Below are positions 17,950-27,514 of a stretch of 53,963 nt of DNA, piece after piece. The notes beneath the pieces were generated by a model. It was not told the origin of the DNA. It saw only the letters and a list, made by a program, of their open reading frames with translations, and searched no databases. The stretch's first letter is position 1; every line of letters starts with the position of its first letter. The stretch is from Candidatus Falkowbacteria bacterium (GTDB taxonomy: Bacteria; Patescibacteriota; Patescibacteriia; Patescibacteriales; GWE2-39-37): positions 1 to 53,963 of the forward strand of contig JBAXJQ010000005.1 in assembly GCA_037137775.1 (NCBI GenBank). Reading direction: 5' to 3'. Made by a program: the position numbers and the translations under genes.

Positions 17950-18879
17950 TTATTTTCGGTAAAAGGTGGCGGCTTGTTCCGGTGGTACGGAATTAATAAT
18001 TATGCCTGAGTCGATTTCCACACCAGCCCAAACAGAATCTCTGGGTTGTAATTTAAGGCAAAAATGTTGTTCATGGTGTGATGCCACGTGATGGGTGTGA
18101 AAGTTGTATGGCAGATTAAGGATGTGAAGTTTAACCAAGGCTCGTTTTAAAGCATAGGCGAGAGATTTTTTTTCGGCCTGATTCAAATCGGCTAATCCGT
18201 TTGCGTGGCGTTTGGTATAAAACCAGAGTTCATAGTGGTATTCACTGGCATATGGAGTAAAGGCTAGAATGTGTTTATCCTCATAAACCTTGCGTTTGCT
18301 TTTTTGTTCTTGTTCGAGTATGGCACAATATGGACATTTGTGATGCTCGGCACGATAGTTTTGCACAGCAGTTAACTCGGCCAGTACTTTAGGAGAAAGT
18401 AGCTCGCTTGCAAATAATTGTGAGTGACTGTGCTGGAGTGATGCGCCGGCGGGTGCACCACTGTTTTTAAAGACTAAAATAAAATCAATTTTTGGATTTT
18501 GGCTGGCCACTATCATGCGTTTGCAATAAACTGATAATATTTGTTCAAATTTTGATAATGAAAACTGGTGCATTTCCAGACAATGATTTGGCGTTTCCAC
18601 AATCACTTCTTGCGTGCCATAGGCTTTTGGATTGGTTAGTGACAGTGCAGAGTATTTATTTTTTAATATCATTGCATCCCATTTTTGACGAGACCCAACG
18701 TGGTCTAAAATTAAATTTGGTTCTATGCCGTCTGGGCAAAGTCCGCAAGGTCTGTTGGTGTGAGTGATTTGATCATCGTCAATATCACGCGGTCGAATGG
18801 CGCGGCGGGGTGTGATAATAACGTATTTTGGTAAAAAATAATCTTTACGAATTTCTGAAGCTTGTTTTTTTAATATCAT
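17950..18879 (-). CDS. galT: Galactose-1-phosphate uridylyltransferase family protein
   Basis: EIRKD, RAIRP, CGLCP, EVIVETP-H, GASLQHSHSQ (HxHxQ), AGVE-SG-IN-V-PE. Confidence 0.85.
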   Translation of the reverse strand: MILKKQASEIRKDYFLPKYVIITPRRAIRPRDIDDDQITHTNRPCGLCPDGIEPNLILDHVGSRQKWDAMILKNKYSALSLTNPKAYGTQEVIVETPNHCLEMHQFSLSKFEQILSVYCKRMIVASQNPKIDFILVFKNSGAPAGASLQHSHSQLFASELLSPKVLAELTAVQNYRAEHHKCPYCAILEQEQKSKRKVYEDKHILAFTPYASEYHYELWFYTKRHANGLADLNQAEKKSLAYALKRALVKLHILNLPYNFHTHHVASHHEQHFCLKLQPRDSVWAGVEIDSGIIINSVPPEQAATFYRK

Positions 18880-18924
18880 AAAAATAATGTAAGCCTTTTT
18901 AGTATACCATAATTAGCTTGAGAT

Positions 18925-18955
18925 AAAAAAAGAGCCGGCCTTATGGCCGGCTCTT
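18925..18955 (-). terminator. Intrinsic terminator of the dsbA-like gene
   Basis: AAGAGCCGGCC-ATAA-GGCCGGCTC-TTTTTTT on the minus strand. Confidence 0.85.
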
Positions 18956-18968
18956 AGTAACAGAGTGA

Positions 18969-19721
18969 TTATTTCAACGCAGCTTTGATTAATTTCTCAA
19001 TCTCACTAAATGGTACAGCGCCTGGAATGGCTTGGCCATTTACAAAGCTACCTGGTGTGCCCTGAACACCTAAGCTTTGACCGTAGGACATATCCTCATC
19101 AACCTTTTTGGTAAACTTACCAGAGTCTAAGCAGGATTTAAACTTGGCTTCATTCAAGCCAACGTCTTTTCCGGCTGAAACAATGTACTCATCATTTAAC
19201 TTGTCCTGATTTGCATAAATTGCGTCAGAGTATTCCCAAAATTTATTTTGTTCACCAGCACATTCGGCAGCCTCAGCAGCTTTCCGTGCATACGGGTGGA
19301 TACTATCTAGTGGGAAGTGCTTAAATATCCATCGCACATCTTTTGGATATTTTTGCATCACTTCTTTCATGGTGTCATGAAAGCGGCTGCAAAAAGGGCA
19401 TTGGTAATCAGAGAATTCAACAATCGTAACCTTGGCATTTTTATTACCTCGAACGTGGTCACTGTTGGCAATTTTAATGCTTACTGGTTTGCCAGCAGCG
19501 GCATTGCCCGCATCATTGCCAGCAGCCGGGTTATTTTTTGTCGGCGCAGTGTTGTCGACTGCTGCTACTGTGTCAGAATTATCACCAGAGGATGTGCCCA
19601 TCTGTTGTTTGAGGTACATGCCCAAAAAGACAACAAAGCCAATAAGGGCAACAACGGCTAAGCCGCTTGTAAAACCGAGCCAGAAGCTGGTCTTTGAACG
19701 AATCATTGTTTTCGTTTCCAT
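18969..19721 (-). CDS. Membrane-anchored DsbA/BdbD-type thiol-disulfide oxidoreductase
   Basis: N-terminal TM, EFSDYQCPFC, HFPL, AAEAAECA-EQ-KFW, GVQGTP. Confidence 0.92.
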   Translation of the reverse strand: METKTMIRSKTSFWLGFTSGLAVVALIGFVVFLGMYLKQQMGTSSGDNSDTVAAVDNTAPTKNNPAAGNDAGNAAAGKPVSIKIANSDHVRGNKNAKVTIVEFSDYQCPFCSRFHDTMKEVMQKYPKDVRWIFKHFPLDSIHPYARKAAEAAECAGEQNKFWEYSDAIYANQDKLNDEYIVSAGKDVGLNEAKFKSCLDSGKFTKKVDEDMSYGQSLGVQGTPGSFVNGQAIPGAVPFSEIEKLIKAALK

Positions 19722-19745
19722 AGTTCGGAATAAATAATTAATAAG

Positions 19746-20090
19746 TTATCCATGATAATGAGGTTTGTGAACACATTTTTCACAATACTCTATCCAAGGC
19801 TCGCGTCGCAAATCTTCTGGCTTGATTTCGGCACCACATTCAATGCAACGTCCATAAGTACCGTCATTAATGCGGCCAATTGCATCTTCGATGCGGCCCA
19901 ATATTTCTCGATGTACTTTGAGGAGTGATTCCTCGATTAAATCTTCAGTGGCATCGTTTGCCAAATCTTCATGGCTAGGATTGTCCACAGCCTCTTCTGG
20001 CTTGGTCAAGCGGGTGATTTCATTTTGCACCTCTACTCTTTCCGCCTCTAGGCGTTCGGCCATCTCCCGTAAAAAGGGCTCTTGGTTCAT
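19746..20090 (-). CDS. TraR/DksA C4 zinc-finger protein
   Basis: Coiled coil, RI-DGTYG-CIECG-EI...P...CEKC. Confidence 0.88.
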   Translation of the reverse strand: MNQEPFLREMAERLEAERVEVQNEITRLTKPEEAVDNPSHEDLANDATEDLIEESLLKVHREILGRIEDAIGRINDGTYGRCIECGAEIKPEDLRREPWIEYCEKCVHKPHYHG

Positions 20091-20159
20091 GGTCGTGGGT
20101 TAATTTTAAAAGTGGTTACATCTTAACATATCTTTTCAGAAAAACAAATAGCGGTAGCG

Positions 20160-21410
20160 CTAAGGTTGGCACACCTTAGCTAGACATGTCAAGGGGATAT
20201 AACAATACGGATAATAACCTGGTTTTTCACAACAAGGTCCGGTTTGGAATCCACAGTCTGCCTTTTTGGTAAAAACTTGAGTAATAATAAAATAATCTTT
20301 AACCTGGGCGACGCCAACCCCAGATTGATTGTATTCTGCATTCAGCATGTTGCGTCTGTGTCCCGGGCTGTTAAGCCAGCCAACAACCGCTTTTTGCTCG
20401 ACGTCTTCTATTTGGTTGTAGGTGATTTGCCATAGCGTTATTGAAGGCGACTGCTTAGTTTTATTTTTGCGCAAAATAATTTCTTCTTGTAACGAGGCTA
20501 GCTTTTTTTGATCTGTTTTTGCCTCATCGATTCGTGCTTCGTAACTAGTATTTAATATGTTAAGCTCGCTCTGGCAATCAATTTTAGGGACATTGTCAGC
20601 CTCATACGCCGCCTCTTTAATTGATGGCACCAGTGCAATATTTTCAGCGCTTGCGGAAAAGTTAAATATTTTTTGACTATTTAATCGATTGTTGTGATAA
20701 AGACCAAAAACTTGTCCCTCGTGGTGAATAAAGGGATAGCTACAAAGCTTAGTTTGTATAATAATGCTTTGGTTTTCATTGGCTTGGTCTTGACTATGTA
20801 GTCGAGCGGTCTCTGCTAGCTCATCATTCCATGTCAGCTTACCAAAGCCGAACTTAACCCGCTCGATATTCACCTTATCATGTATTTGTTTAGCCATGAG
20901 GGTAAGTAGTGGGGAAGATGTGCTTTTTTGCGTTAACGAAGGATTACTAGTGGGCGTTGACGTGATAAAACCAATCGGTATTTTAGCCAAATTTTTATTG
21001 CTTATTGGCAAACCAATTTTTCGATAGAGCTTTACCGCCTCTCCTCCGGAATGAAAAGAGTATTCAATTAGAGATTGATTGTAAAAGTAATATGTGTTGG
21101 GTTTATTGGAAATAATCACAAACCTGCCAGCGAGTTGTCGTTTATTTTTTGAATCAAGTATTTTATTTAATTGTTCTGAAGATTTTTTCCAACCAACTTG
21201 GCTAATCACTTGAAGGGTGTCGGGTAAGTTGCTTAAAAAATACCGTTTTTGGTCGGTTGGGTTAATATACCAAGCCTGCCCCTTGCCCTCTACTTGTATT
21301 AATATGCGACCGCGTAAACGCTCGGCCAAGGTTTCTGCTCGCAAAATAGTTGGCGGGCAGAATATGGAAAAACTTAATAGGAGAAATAATAGATATTTTA
21401 CTTGACGCAT
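20160..21410 (-). CDS. Secreted CAP/SCP-domain protein with Cys-rich tail
   Basis: Signal peptide, LRGRILIQVE-GQAWYINP domain, ARLHSQD, AENIA, WLNSPGHRRN, six-Cys C-terminus; ATG at 21410 preferred. Confidence 0.82.
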   Translation of the reverse strand: MRQVKYLLFLLLSFSIFCPPTILRAETLAERLRGRILIQVEGKGQAWYINPTDQKRYFLSNLPDTLQVISQVGWKKSSEQLNKILDSKNKRQLAGRFVIISNKPNTYYFYNQSLIEYSFHSGGEAVKLYRKIGLPISNKNLAKIPIGFITSTPTSNPSLTQKSTSSPLLTLMAKQIHDKVNIERVKFGFGKLTWNDELAETARLHSQDQANENQSIIIQTKLCSYPFIHHEGQVFGLYHNNRLNSQKIFNFSASAENIALVPSIKEAAYEADNVPKIDCQSELNILNTSYEARIDEAKTDQKKLASLQEEIILRKNKTKQSPSITLWQITYNQIEDVEQKAVVGWLNSPGHRRNMLNAEYNQSGVGVAQVKDYFIITQVFTKKADCGFQTGPCCEKPGYYPYCYIPLTCLAKVCQP

Positions 21411-21461
21411 GTTTTTTAGTTTCGGATGTATTTTACCCCGAGTAATATATCTCGTCAAAGA

Positions 21462-23981
21462 TTACATGCGGTCTTTGGGGTAGAGACGATGATAAAAAAA
21501 CTGTTTAGCTAATTCCACAATACATAAGTAAATACCGACTAACAGATAAATAACTATCACAACCTGTAAACTTAACGGCTCAAAACCGAATAAATTGGCA
21601 AAAATTGGTTGTATGAGTAAAAGCGAGCTAAGCAATACGGCTATCGCGGTAATGACTAAATATTTACTGGGCTGGGACTCTATAAATGGAATTTTGCGGG
21701 TTCGAATAATAAAGATGACTAATGTTTGGGTAGCTAATGATTCAATAAACCAACCAGCCTGGAATGCTCCGTCATGCAAACCAAAAATTTTAAATAACAG
21801 AAAAAAGGTCATAAAATCGAACAATGAGCTGATTGGCCCAAAAATAACCATAAAGTTACGAATAAAGAAAATATCCCAGTGTTTTGGCTTGCTCAGATAT
21901 TCGCCGTCAACAGTGTCAGAAGGTATGGCAATTTGAGAAAAATCATATAAAAAGTTGTTAAGCAAAATCTGTCCCGGTAGCATTGGAAAAAAGGGGAGAT
22001 AGAGCGCGGCGCCGATCATGCTAAACATATTACCAAAGTTGGATGAAAGACCCATCATGACATATTTCATGGTGTTGCCAAATGTTTTACGACCTTCTAA
22101 TACTCCGTCCATTAATTCACCCAACCCTTTTTGCATTAAAATGATATCCGCCGTTTCCTTGGCGATATCTACTGCGTTGTTGACTGAAATTCCCACATCA
22201 GCAGCCTTGAGTGACGGCACGTCATTTATGCCATCGCCGAGATAGCCAATAACGAGATTGCGCTTACGTAAAGCAGTAATGACTCGTTCTTTTTGTGCTG
22301 GTGAGAGGCGGGCCAAAATTGTGGCGTTAAGTGCTTTTTCGGCAATAGCATCATCAAGCATGTTGTTAATGTCGATGTCTTCTCCAGTAAGAATGCCTTT
22401 AATTGGTAGGTCTAGTTCCTCACAGATTTTTTTGGTTACCAAGGGGCTATCACCGGTTAGAATTTTTATTTCGACCCCGTGTTGTTTCATAAAAACCAAA
22501 GTTTCTTTGGCACTTTGTTTTGGCGGGTCAAAAAAAGCAATGAAACCCTGAAATACCATATTAATTTCGTCTGCTTTTTCAAAAGCAATCTTTTTAATAT
22601 CAATTGGTTTTTTGGCTACCGCCAAAACGCGATAACCAGCACTGCTATATTTCTCATATAATGTTTTAAATTTAATAATTTGTGCCGGGGTGAAGGGAAG
22701 TATTTTATTATTTATCTGAAAATGACTGCAAATTTTAAACAACTCTTCTGGTGCACCCTTGGTTGCCATAAATTTTGCCGTACCCTCATTATAAATCACT
22801 GATGATCGTTTACGCATGAAATCATAGGGCACCTCGTATTTTTTAGTGATGTTGGTCATGTCCATCGAGTGAAAGGTGATAATCGCCTGGTCAAGTAGAT
22901 TTTTAATCCCAGTCTCTAACTTGGCATTAATATATGCGAGACGTAGGACGTCATTAGAAACCCCTCCCTCACCATTAACATAATGAACCAACGTAATGCG
23001 ATCTTCGGTCAACGTACCGGTTTTGTCGGTGCAGAGAATATCCATGCTGCCAAAATCCGGAATAGAGTTTAACCTTTTAACTAAAACCCCGTGTTTAGCC
23101 ATTCGCACCGACCCCTTGGCCATGTTGATGCTTAAAATCATGGGTAATAATTCTGGCGTGATGCCAACCGCGACCGCTATCGAAAATACCAGCGATTGAA
23201 CAATATTGTGGTTTTTAAAGGCATTAATTAAAAAAATTAATAAAACAATAATTAATATTGCCTTTATAATCAAAATACCGAATTGTTTAATGCCTTTTTC
23301 AAACGCATTGGTTTCATCGGGCTCGGTAATTTTATCTGCTAGCTTACCGTACTGTGTGTTTTTTCCAGTAGTAATTGCCAACATGGTAGCAATGCCTGAA
23401 ACAACATTGGTTCCTGAAAATACCGTATCGTTATTGTTTAAATCCCCACAAGACTTTTCAATTGGAAAGCTTTCGCCAGTCAATGAGGATTCGTTGACAA
23501 AAAAATCTTCACAAGAAATAAGTTTACCATCGGCCGGAATGATAGACCCGGCCGATAAAAGCAAGATATCACCTGGAACTATTTCCTTGGCTAAAACTTG
23601 TCGTTCTTGATTGTTGCGTCGAACCTGACAGCGAATTTCTAAGCGCTTAGCGATTTGTTCGGCTGCTTTATTTGATTTGTGCTCTTGATAAAAATTTAGA
23701 ATAACACTGAGTAAAACCATGCTAAAAATAACCACGGCACTACGTATTTCACCAGTCGCAGCTGATATGGCCGCGGCGACTAGTAAAATAATACAAAGAG
23801 GATCTTTGAAATAGTTTAAAAATGTAATAACCGGGCTTCGCTTTGATTTATGAGCTAGTTCATTGGTACCGAATTGAATCAACCGATTGTTGGCCTCAGA
23901 ATCTGTTAAACCTTCTATCGTGCTATTTAATTTTGAAAATAACGTGTCAATCGATTCCTCCGCGATTTTTATTATTTGCAT
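21462..23981 (-). CDS. mgtA: Magnesium-translocating P-type ATPase
   Basis: TGES, AVGITPELLP, DKTGTLT, GDGIND, SSNFGNMFS, QILLNNFLYD, FQAGWFIES. Confidence 0.92.
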   Translation of the reverse strand: MQIIKIAEESIDTLFSKLNSTIEGLTDSEANNRLIQFGTNELAHKSKRSPVITFLNYFKDPLCIILLVAAAISAATGEIRSAVVIFSMVLLSVILNFYQEHKSNKAAEQIAKRLEIRCQVRRNNQERQVLAKEIVPGDILLLSAGSIIPADGKLISCEDFFVNESSLTGESFPIEKSCGDLNNNDTVFSGTNVVSGIATMLAITTGKNTQYGKLADKITEPDETNAFEKGIKQFGILIIKAILIIVLLIFLINAFKNHNIVQSLVFSIAVAVGITPELLPMILSINMAKGSVRMAKHGVLVKRLNSIPDFGSMDILCTDKTGTLTEDRITLVHYVNGEGGVSNDVLRLAYINAKLETGIKNLLDQAIITFHSMDMTNITKKYEVPYDFMRKRSSVIYNEGTAKFMATKGAPEELFKICSHFQINNKILPFTPAQIIKFKTLYEKYSSAGYRVLAVAKKPIDIKKIAFEKADEINMVFQGFIAFFDPPKQSAKETLVFMKQHGVEIKILTGDSPLVTKKICEELDLPIKGILTGEDIDINNMLDDAIAEKALNATILARLSPAQKERVITALRKRNLVIGYLGDGINDVPSLKAADVGISVNNAVDIAKETADIILMQKGLGELMDGVLEGRKTFGNTMKYVMMGLSSNFGNMFSMIGAALYLPFFPMLPGQILLNNFLYDFSQIAIPSDTVDGEYLSKPKHWDIFFIRNFMVIFGPISSLFDFMTFFLLFKIFGLHDGAFQAGWFIESLATQTLVIFIIRTRKIPFIESQPSKYLVITAIAVLLSSLLLIQPIFANLFGFEPLSLQVVIVIYLLVGIYLCIVELAKQFFYHRLYPKDRM

Positions 23982-24012
23982 TTTTGCGTGTTAAATATAA
24001 TTTTATTATACC

Positions 24013-24510
24013 ATGATAGCGACTAGTGAAACAAACCTGGCACGATTGGCTAAATATGATATGATACATATTATGAAAGAGCAGACCGGGCGCAAGCGCC
24101 TATTTTTCTTATTTTGGTCAGTCGATAAAAAAAAGACCCCTCCGAAAAAAAAATTACTGTTGCTGGGTGACGTGCCGCGGCGTAACCGACGAGCGTATTT
24201 ATTACACAAAGAACAAGCGCGACGACTGATAGCTGAGAAATTAAAACAATTTAATTTACATTATCAATTTGCGTGGTCGAGAATTAGTGTTCGCAATCAA
24301 CGAAGTCGGTGGGGGAGTTGCTCGATGAAGGGCGGACTAAACTTTAGCTACCGCATCTTATTTTTATCCGAAGCACTACAGGATTATTTAATAGTGCATG
24401 AATTGTGTCATTTAAAAGAATTTAATCATAGTAAATCGTTTTACGCCCTAGTGGCAGAAACCATTCCAGATTGGCGTCATCGAAGGCGTGAATTAAAAAA
24501 AATAATATGA
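24013..24510 (+). CDS. YgjP/DUF45 (M48-like) metal-dependent hydrolase
   Basis: RNQRSRWGSCS, DYLIVHELCH, NHSKSF; true start may be a later ATG (24058 or 24073). Confidence 0.85.
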   Translation: MIATSETNLARLAKYDMIHIMKEQTGRKRLFFLFWSVDKKKTPPKKKLLLLGDVPRRNRRAYLLHKEQARRLIAEKLKQFNLHYQFAWSRISVRNQRSRWGSCSMKGGLNFSYRILFLSEALQDYLIVHELCHLKEFNHSKSFYALVAETIPDWRHRRRELKKII

Positions 24511-25145
24511 TCCATGCAATAATTGCTTTTATAGTTGGTTGGGTTACTACTACTATCACCGCCTTTGGTGCGTGGGCGGTATTTGGTTTAATGACATTAG
24601 AATCTGCAAATATACCAATTCCTTCGGAGGTGATTTTAACATATGCGGGTTTTTTGGTTAGTCAGGGCACGGCAAATATCCATGTTATGGCGCTAGCTGG
24701 AGCCTTGGGTTGTTTGACCGGATCAGTATTCTCTTACTATCTTGGCTTGCGCTTAGGTCGTCCTTTTTTATGGCGTCACGGTAAATGGTTATTGGTTACT
24801 CAGGCGGATATTATCAGGGCAGAAAAGTTTTTAGAAAAATACGGAGAGTTTACTTATTTCTTTTCAAGATTGTTGCCTGTTGTGCGAACCTTTATCTCGT
24901 TGGTAATTGGTATATCACGCGGTAATTTTTGGAAGTCAACCATTTTAGGGTTTTTTGCCTCCTGGTTGTGGAGTTATGTTTTAGTGTGGGCTGGGTTTAC
25001 TATGGGAGAATATTGGGATAGTATCAAGCCATGGTGGGACAAGTTGAGTATAATAATTGGCGGGGCGATAATTTTAGCAATTATTTGGCATATTGTTCGG
25101 GTAGTGCGTGCTAAACACGATCATGAAGAGGTGAAAGTTATATAA
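24507..25145 (+). CDS. DedA family membrane protein
   Basis: LESANIPIPSEVI, SRLLPVVRTFIS. Confidence 0.92.
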   Translation: MIHAIIAFIVGWVTTTITAFGAWAVFGLMTLESANIPIPSEVILTYAGFLVSQGTANIHVMALAGALGCLTGSVFSYYLGLRLGRPFLWRHGKWLLVTQADIIRAEKFLEKYGEFTYFFSRLLPVVRTFISLVIGISRGNFWKSTILGFFASWLWSYVLVWAGFTMGEYWDSIKPWWDKLSIIIGGAIILAIIWHIVRVVRAKHDHEEVKVI

Positions 25146-25167
25146 CATTACAGAGTAATAGAATTAT

Positions 25168-25737
25168 ATGGCATTGCAGCTAGAAACGGACGAAGCGCTG
25201 GCCGGGCAAGTAAAAAGAGCTGATCATTCTGCCTTGGCAGAGCTAATTAAGCGGTATCAGCAGAAATTATATCATTACGTTACTCGATTGATTGGTAATG
25301 CTGATGAGGCCGAAGACGTAGTGCAAGAAACTTTTTTACGGGTGTATAAAAACATTCAGAGTTTTGATGAGGAAAAAAAATTCTCCTCCTGGATTTATCG
25401 TATAGCTCATAACACAGCCATAAATGCCATTAAAAAGCGCCAACGGTTGCAATCGGTTGAGGCGTTAACTCTTGATTGGTTGCAAGAAAATCAGGAAGAA
25501 GCTGAAGATTTTATTGCAACCGAAGAGCGCCGAGCATTATCAGAAAATATGATAATTTTAATGGATGATTTACGGGCAGAATATCGAGAAGCATTGGTAC
25601 TGTACTATTTTGAAGAAAAGTCATATCAGGAAATTTCAGAAATTATGCATATACCAGAGGCCACCGTTGGAGTTTGGTTGCGGCGTGCTAAAATAACTCT
25701 CAAAGAACGAATCGAAAAATATGAACGAAAACAATAA
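25168..25737 (+). CDS. ECF RNA polymerase sigma factor
   Basis: AEDVVQETF, FSSWIYRIAHN (region 2), SYQEISEIM-IP-TV-RAK (region 4). Confidence 0.93.
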   Translation: MALQLETDEALAGQVKRADHSALAELIKRYQQKLYHYVTRLIGNADEAEDVVQETFLRVYKNIQSFDEEKKFSSWIYRIAHNTAINAIKKRQRLQSVEALTLDWLQENQEEAEDFIATEERRALSENMIILMDDLRAEYREALVLYYFEEKSYQEISEIMHIPEATVGVWLRRAKITLKERIEKYERKQ

Positions 25738-26446
25738 TAAAACTAAGGACGCAGAGATAAATCTCGCTGATAAGGTATTGGGACGAATTTCAGCGAGCAA
25801 AATTGCAATTAAGCCACACTGGCAATTTGTGCTCGAGAAAGTTAGTCTTGAAACTGTGTTGTTATTAATATTGGGCGTGGTGGTATTATTATTTATTTTG
25901 GTGGCACATTACTGGTTGGAAAATCGTTTACATCAGGTATTATTGTTTGGAATGCCTGGTGTTTGGCACGTATTAATACATTTTCCTTATGAATTGGTTG
26001 TTTTAGCCGGTTTTGGCGTACTGTCATTATTAGTCTTAGTTCGAAAATTCGATTGGGGCTACAAACGTACTTGGCTGACTTGGCTAGGTGGCGTTGTTGG
26101 CCTTAGTCTGTTGTTTGCAGGCGCTGGAATAGTGTTTGGCTTGCGCAATCAGGTTGAACAAATGATTAAAATTAGCGCACCGCCGGTATACAACAACTGG
26201 TTATTCGAACGCTTGCATAATATTGGTCAAGAAACTGTTCATGGCAGAATTGACACTATCGATTTAAATGGTATGGAGGTAATAATTGAAGATGAAGCAA
26301 CCACAGCAACAAGAATTATGAAGCTGCAACAGCGAGAGTTGTTGTTTAAACAGCTAAAACCACTTCATTCAGGTGATCGAATACGAATTTTTGGTAATAA
26401 ACCGAAAGAGCAGTTTTTACCGTGGGGGGTAGAGCTGGAGCAATAA
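25721..26446 (+). CDS. Membrane protein, probable anti-sigma factor
   Basis: Overlaps the sigma gene by 17 bp; three TM helices and a C-terminal soluble domain. Confidence 0.55.
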   Translation: MNENNNKTKDAEINLADKVLGRISASKIAIKPHWQFVLEKVSLETVLLLILGVVVLLFILVAHYWLENRLHQVLLFGMPGVWHVLIHFPYELVVLAGFGVLSLLVLVRKFDWGYKRTWLTWLGGVVGLSLLFAGAGIVFGLRNQVEQMIKISAPPVYNNWLFERLHNIGQETVHGRIDTIDLNGMEVIIEDEATTATRIMKLQQRELLFKQLKPLHSGDRIRIFGNKPKEQFLPWGVELEQ

Positions 26447-26464
26447 GCTTGATTTGTGAAATTG

Positions 26465-27427
26465 TTATAGCAAGCCAAGAAAGCTTCGATTTGTGGCATT
26501 ACCAGGGCGGAGTCGATGAAGCATCCAAGGATTGGATTGATTTTGCAAGGAGCCACCAAGTGTTGAAACGGCTGCAGTATATCCAAATTGTTTAACAATG
26601 TCACTAGAGCTAGCATTGTGAGCGCCAAAGGGATAGGCAAAAGTATTAACGGGATGATTAATTAATTTTTCCAGCAAGGCCTTGCTTTCGCCGATTTGAT
26701 ATTCAGCTGAACGGGGTTGAATGGCGGCAAGATTAGGGTGATCAATGGTGTGAGAGCCAATTTCTACCCACGGGTTTTTGGATAATTCAATTAGCTGTTG
26801 ACTGGTTAAATAATTTTTTGTATCAAGCGCGTGATAAATAACGTAAACGGTACCCTTAACACGATACTTTTCTAATAGTGGTACTACGTCAGTATAAAAG
26901 TCTTCATAGCCGTCATCAAAAGTAAGAATGACGGCATTTTTATTATTATTGACTAAAAGTTGAGGCACGTCAGCAACAAAATAACTTGTATAGCCTGCTT
27001 GGTTGAGTGCTTTTAGTTGTAGTTCAAAGTTAGACATGTCGGTGGTAAGACTTATTCTTCGTTGATCACTACTTGAAGTAATTGATTCAACATAATGATA
27101 CATTAGAATGGGGAGGTGTATTATGGAGCTGGTTGGGCGAGAAGCTATAAGTTGAGCGGTAGAGGTTGTTACAATTTTTGATTTTTTAGAAATATTATTC
27201 TTTACCAGCGGAGTTTTAGGTTGAATGTTTTTTTGTTTGAGACAACGATTATTTTGACATGTAGGTGCAGGAGTTGAACCGGTTATATCCATTGGTTGAT
27301 TGTTTTGTTTCCAAAAAAATTGGCCGCTAGATAATAAAATAACCACTAGAATTAAAACAATGAGGCCAATGATGTTTTTTGGCTTTTGGTATAAGAGTTT
27401 AATTTTGTGTGAAAATTTTTTTGACAT
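26465..27427 (-). CDS. Polysaccharide deacetylase (CE4/NodB)
   Basis: N-terminal anchor, PILMYH, LTFDDGY, EIGSHTIDH, FAYPFG; ATG at 27427 preferred. Confidence 0.9.
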   Translation of the reverse strand: MSKKFSHKIKLLYQKPKNIIGLIVLILVVILLSSGQFFWKQNNQPMDITGSTPAPTCQNNRCLKQKNIQPKTPLVKNNISKKSKIVTTSTAQLIASRPTSSIIHLPILMYHYVESITSSSDQRRISLTTDMSNFELQLKALNQAGYTSYFVADVPQLLVNNNKNAVILTFDDGYEDFYTDVVPLLEKYRVKGTVYVIYHALDTKNYLTSQQLIELSKNPWVEIGSHTIDHPNLAAIQPRSAEYQIGESKALLEKLINHPVNTFAYPFGAHNASSSDIVKQFGYTAAVSTLGGSLQNQSNPWMLHRLRPGNATNRSFLGLL

Positions 27428-27514
27428 AAAATAAAACAGGCGCAAGCCTAGTCTTAAAATTGTTTTCTATAAGTAATATTCTTATAGCAAAGGCTAATAT
27501 TTTTGTCGAATCAC

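Noticed and set aside
23982-24072. Mg-sensing riboswitch or leader peptide upstream of mgtA
   Set aside because: Space before the divergent gene is too short and no M-box-like structure is visible.
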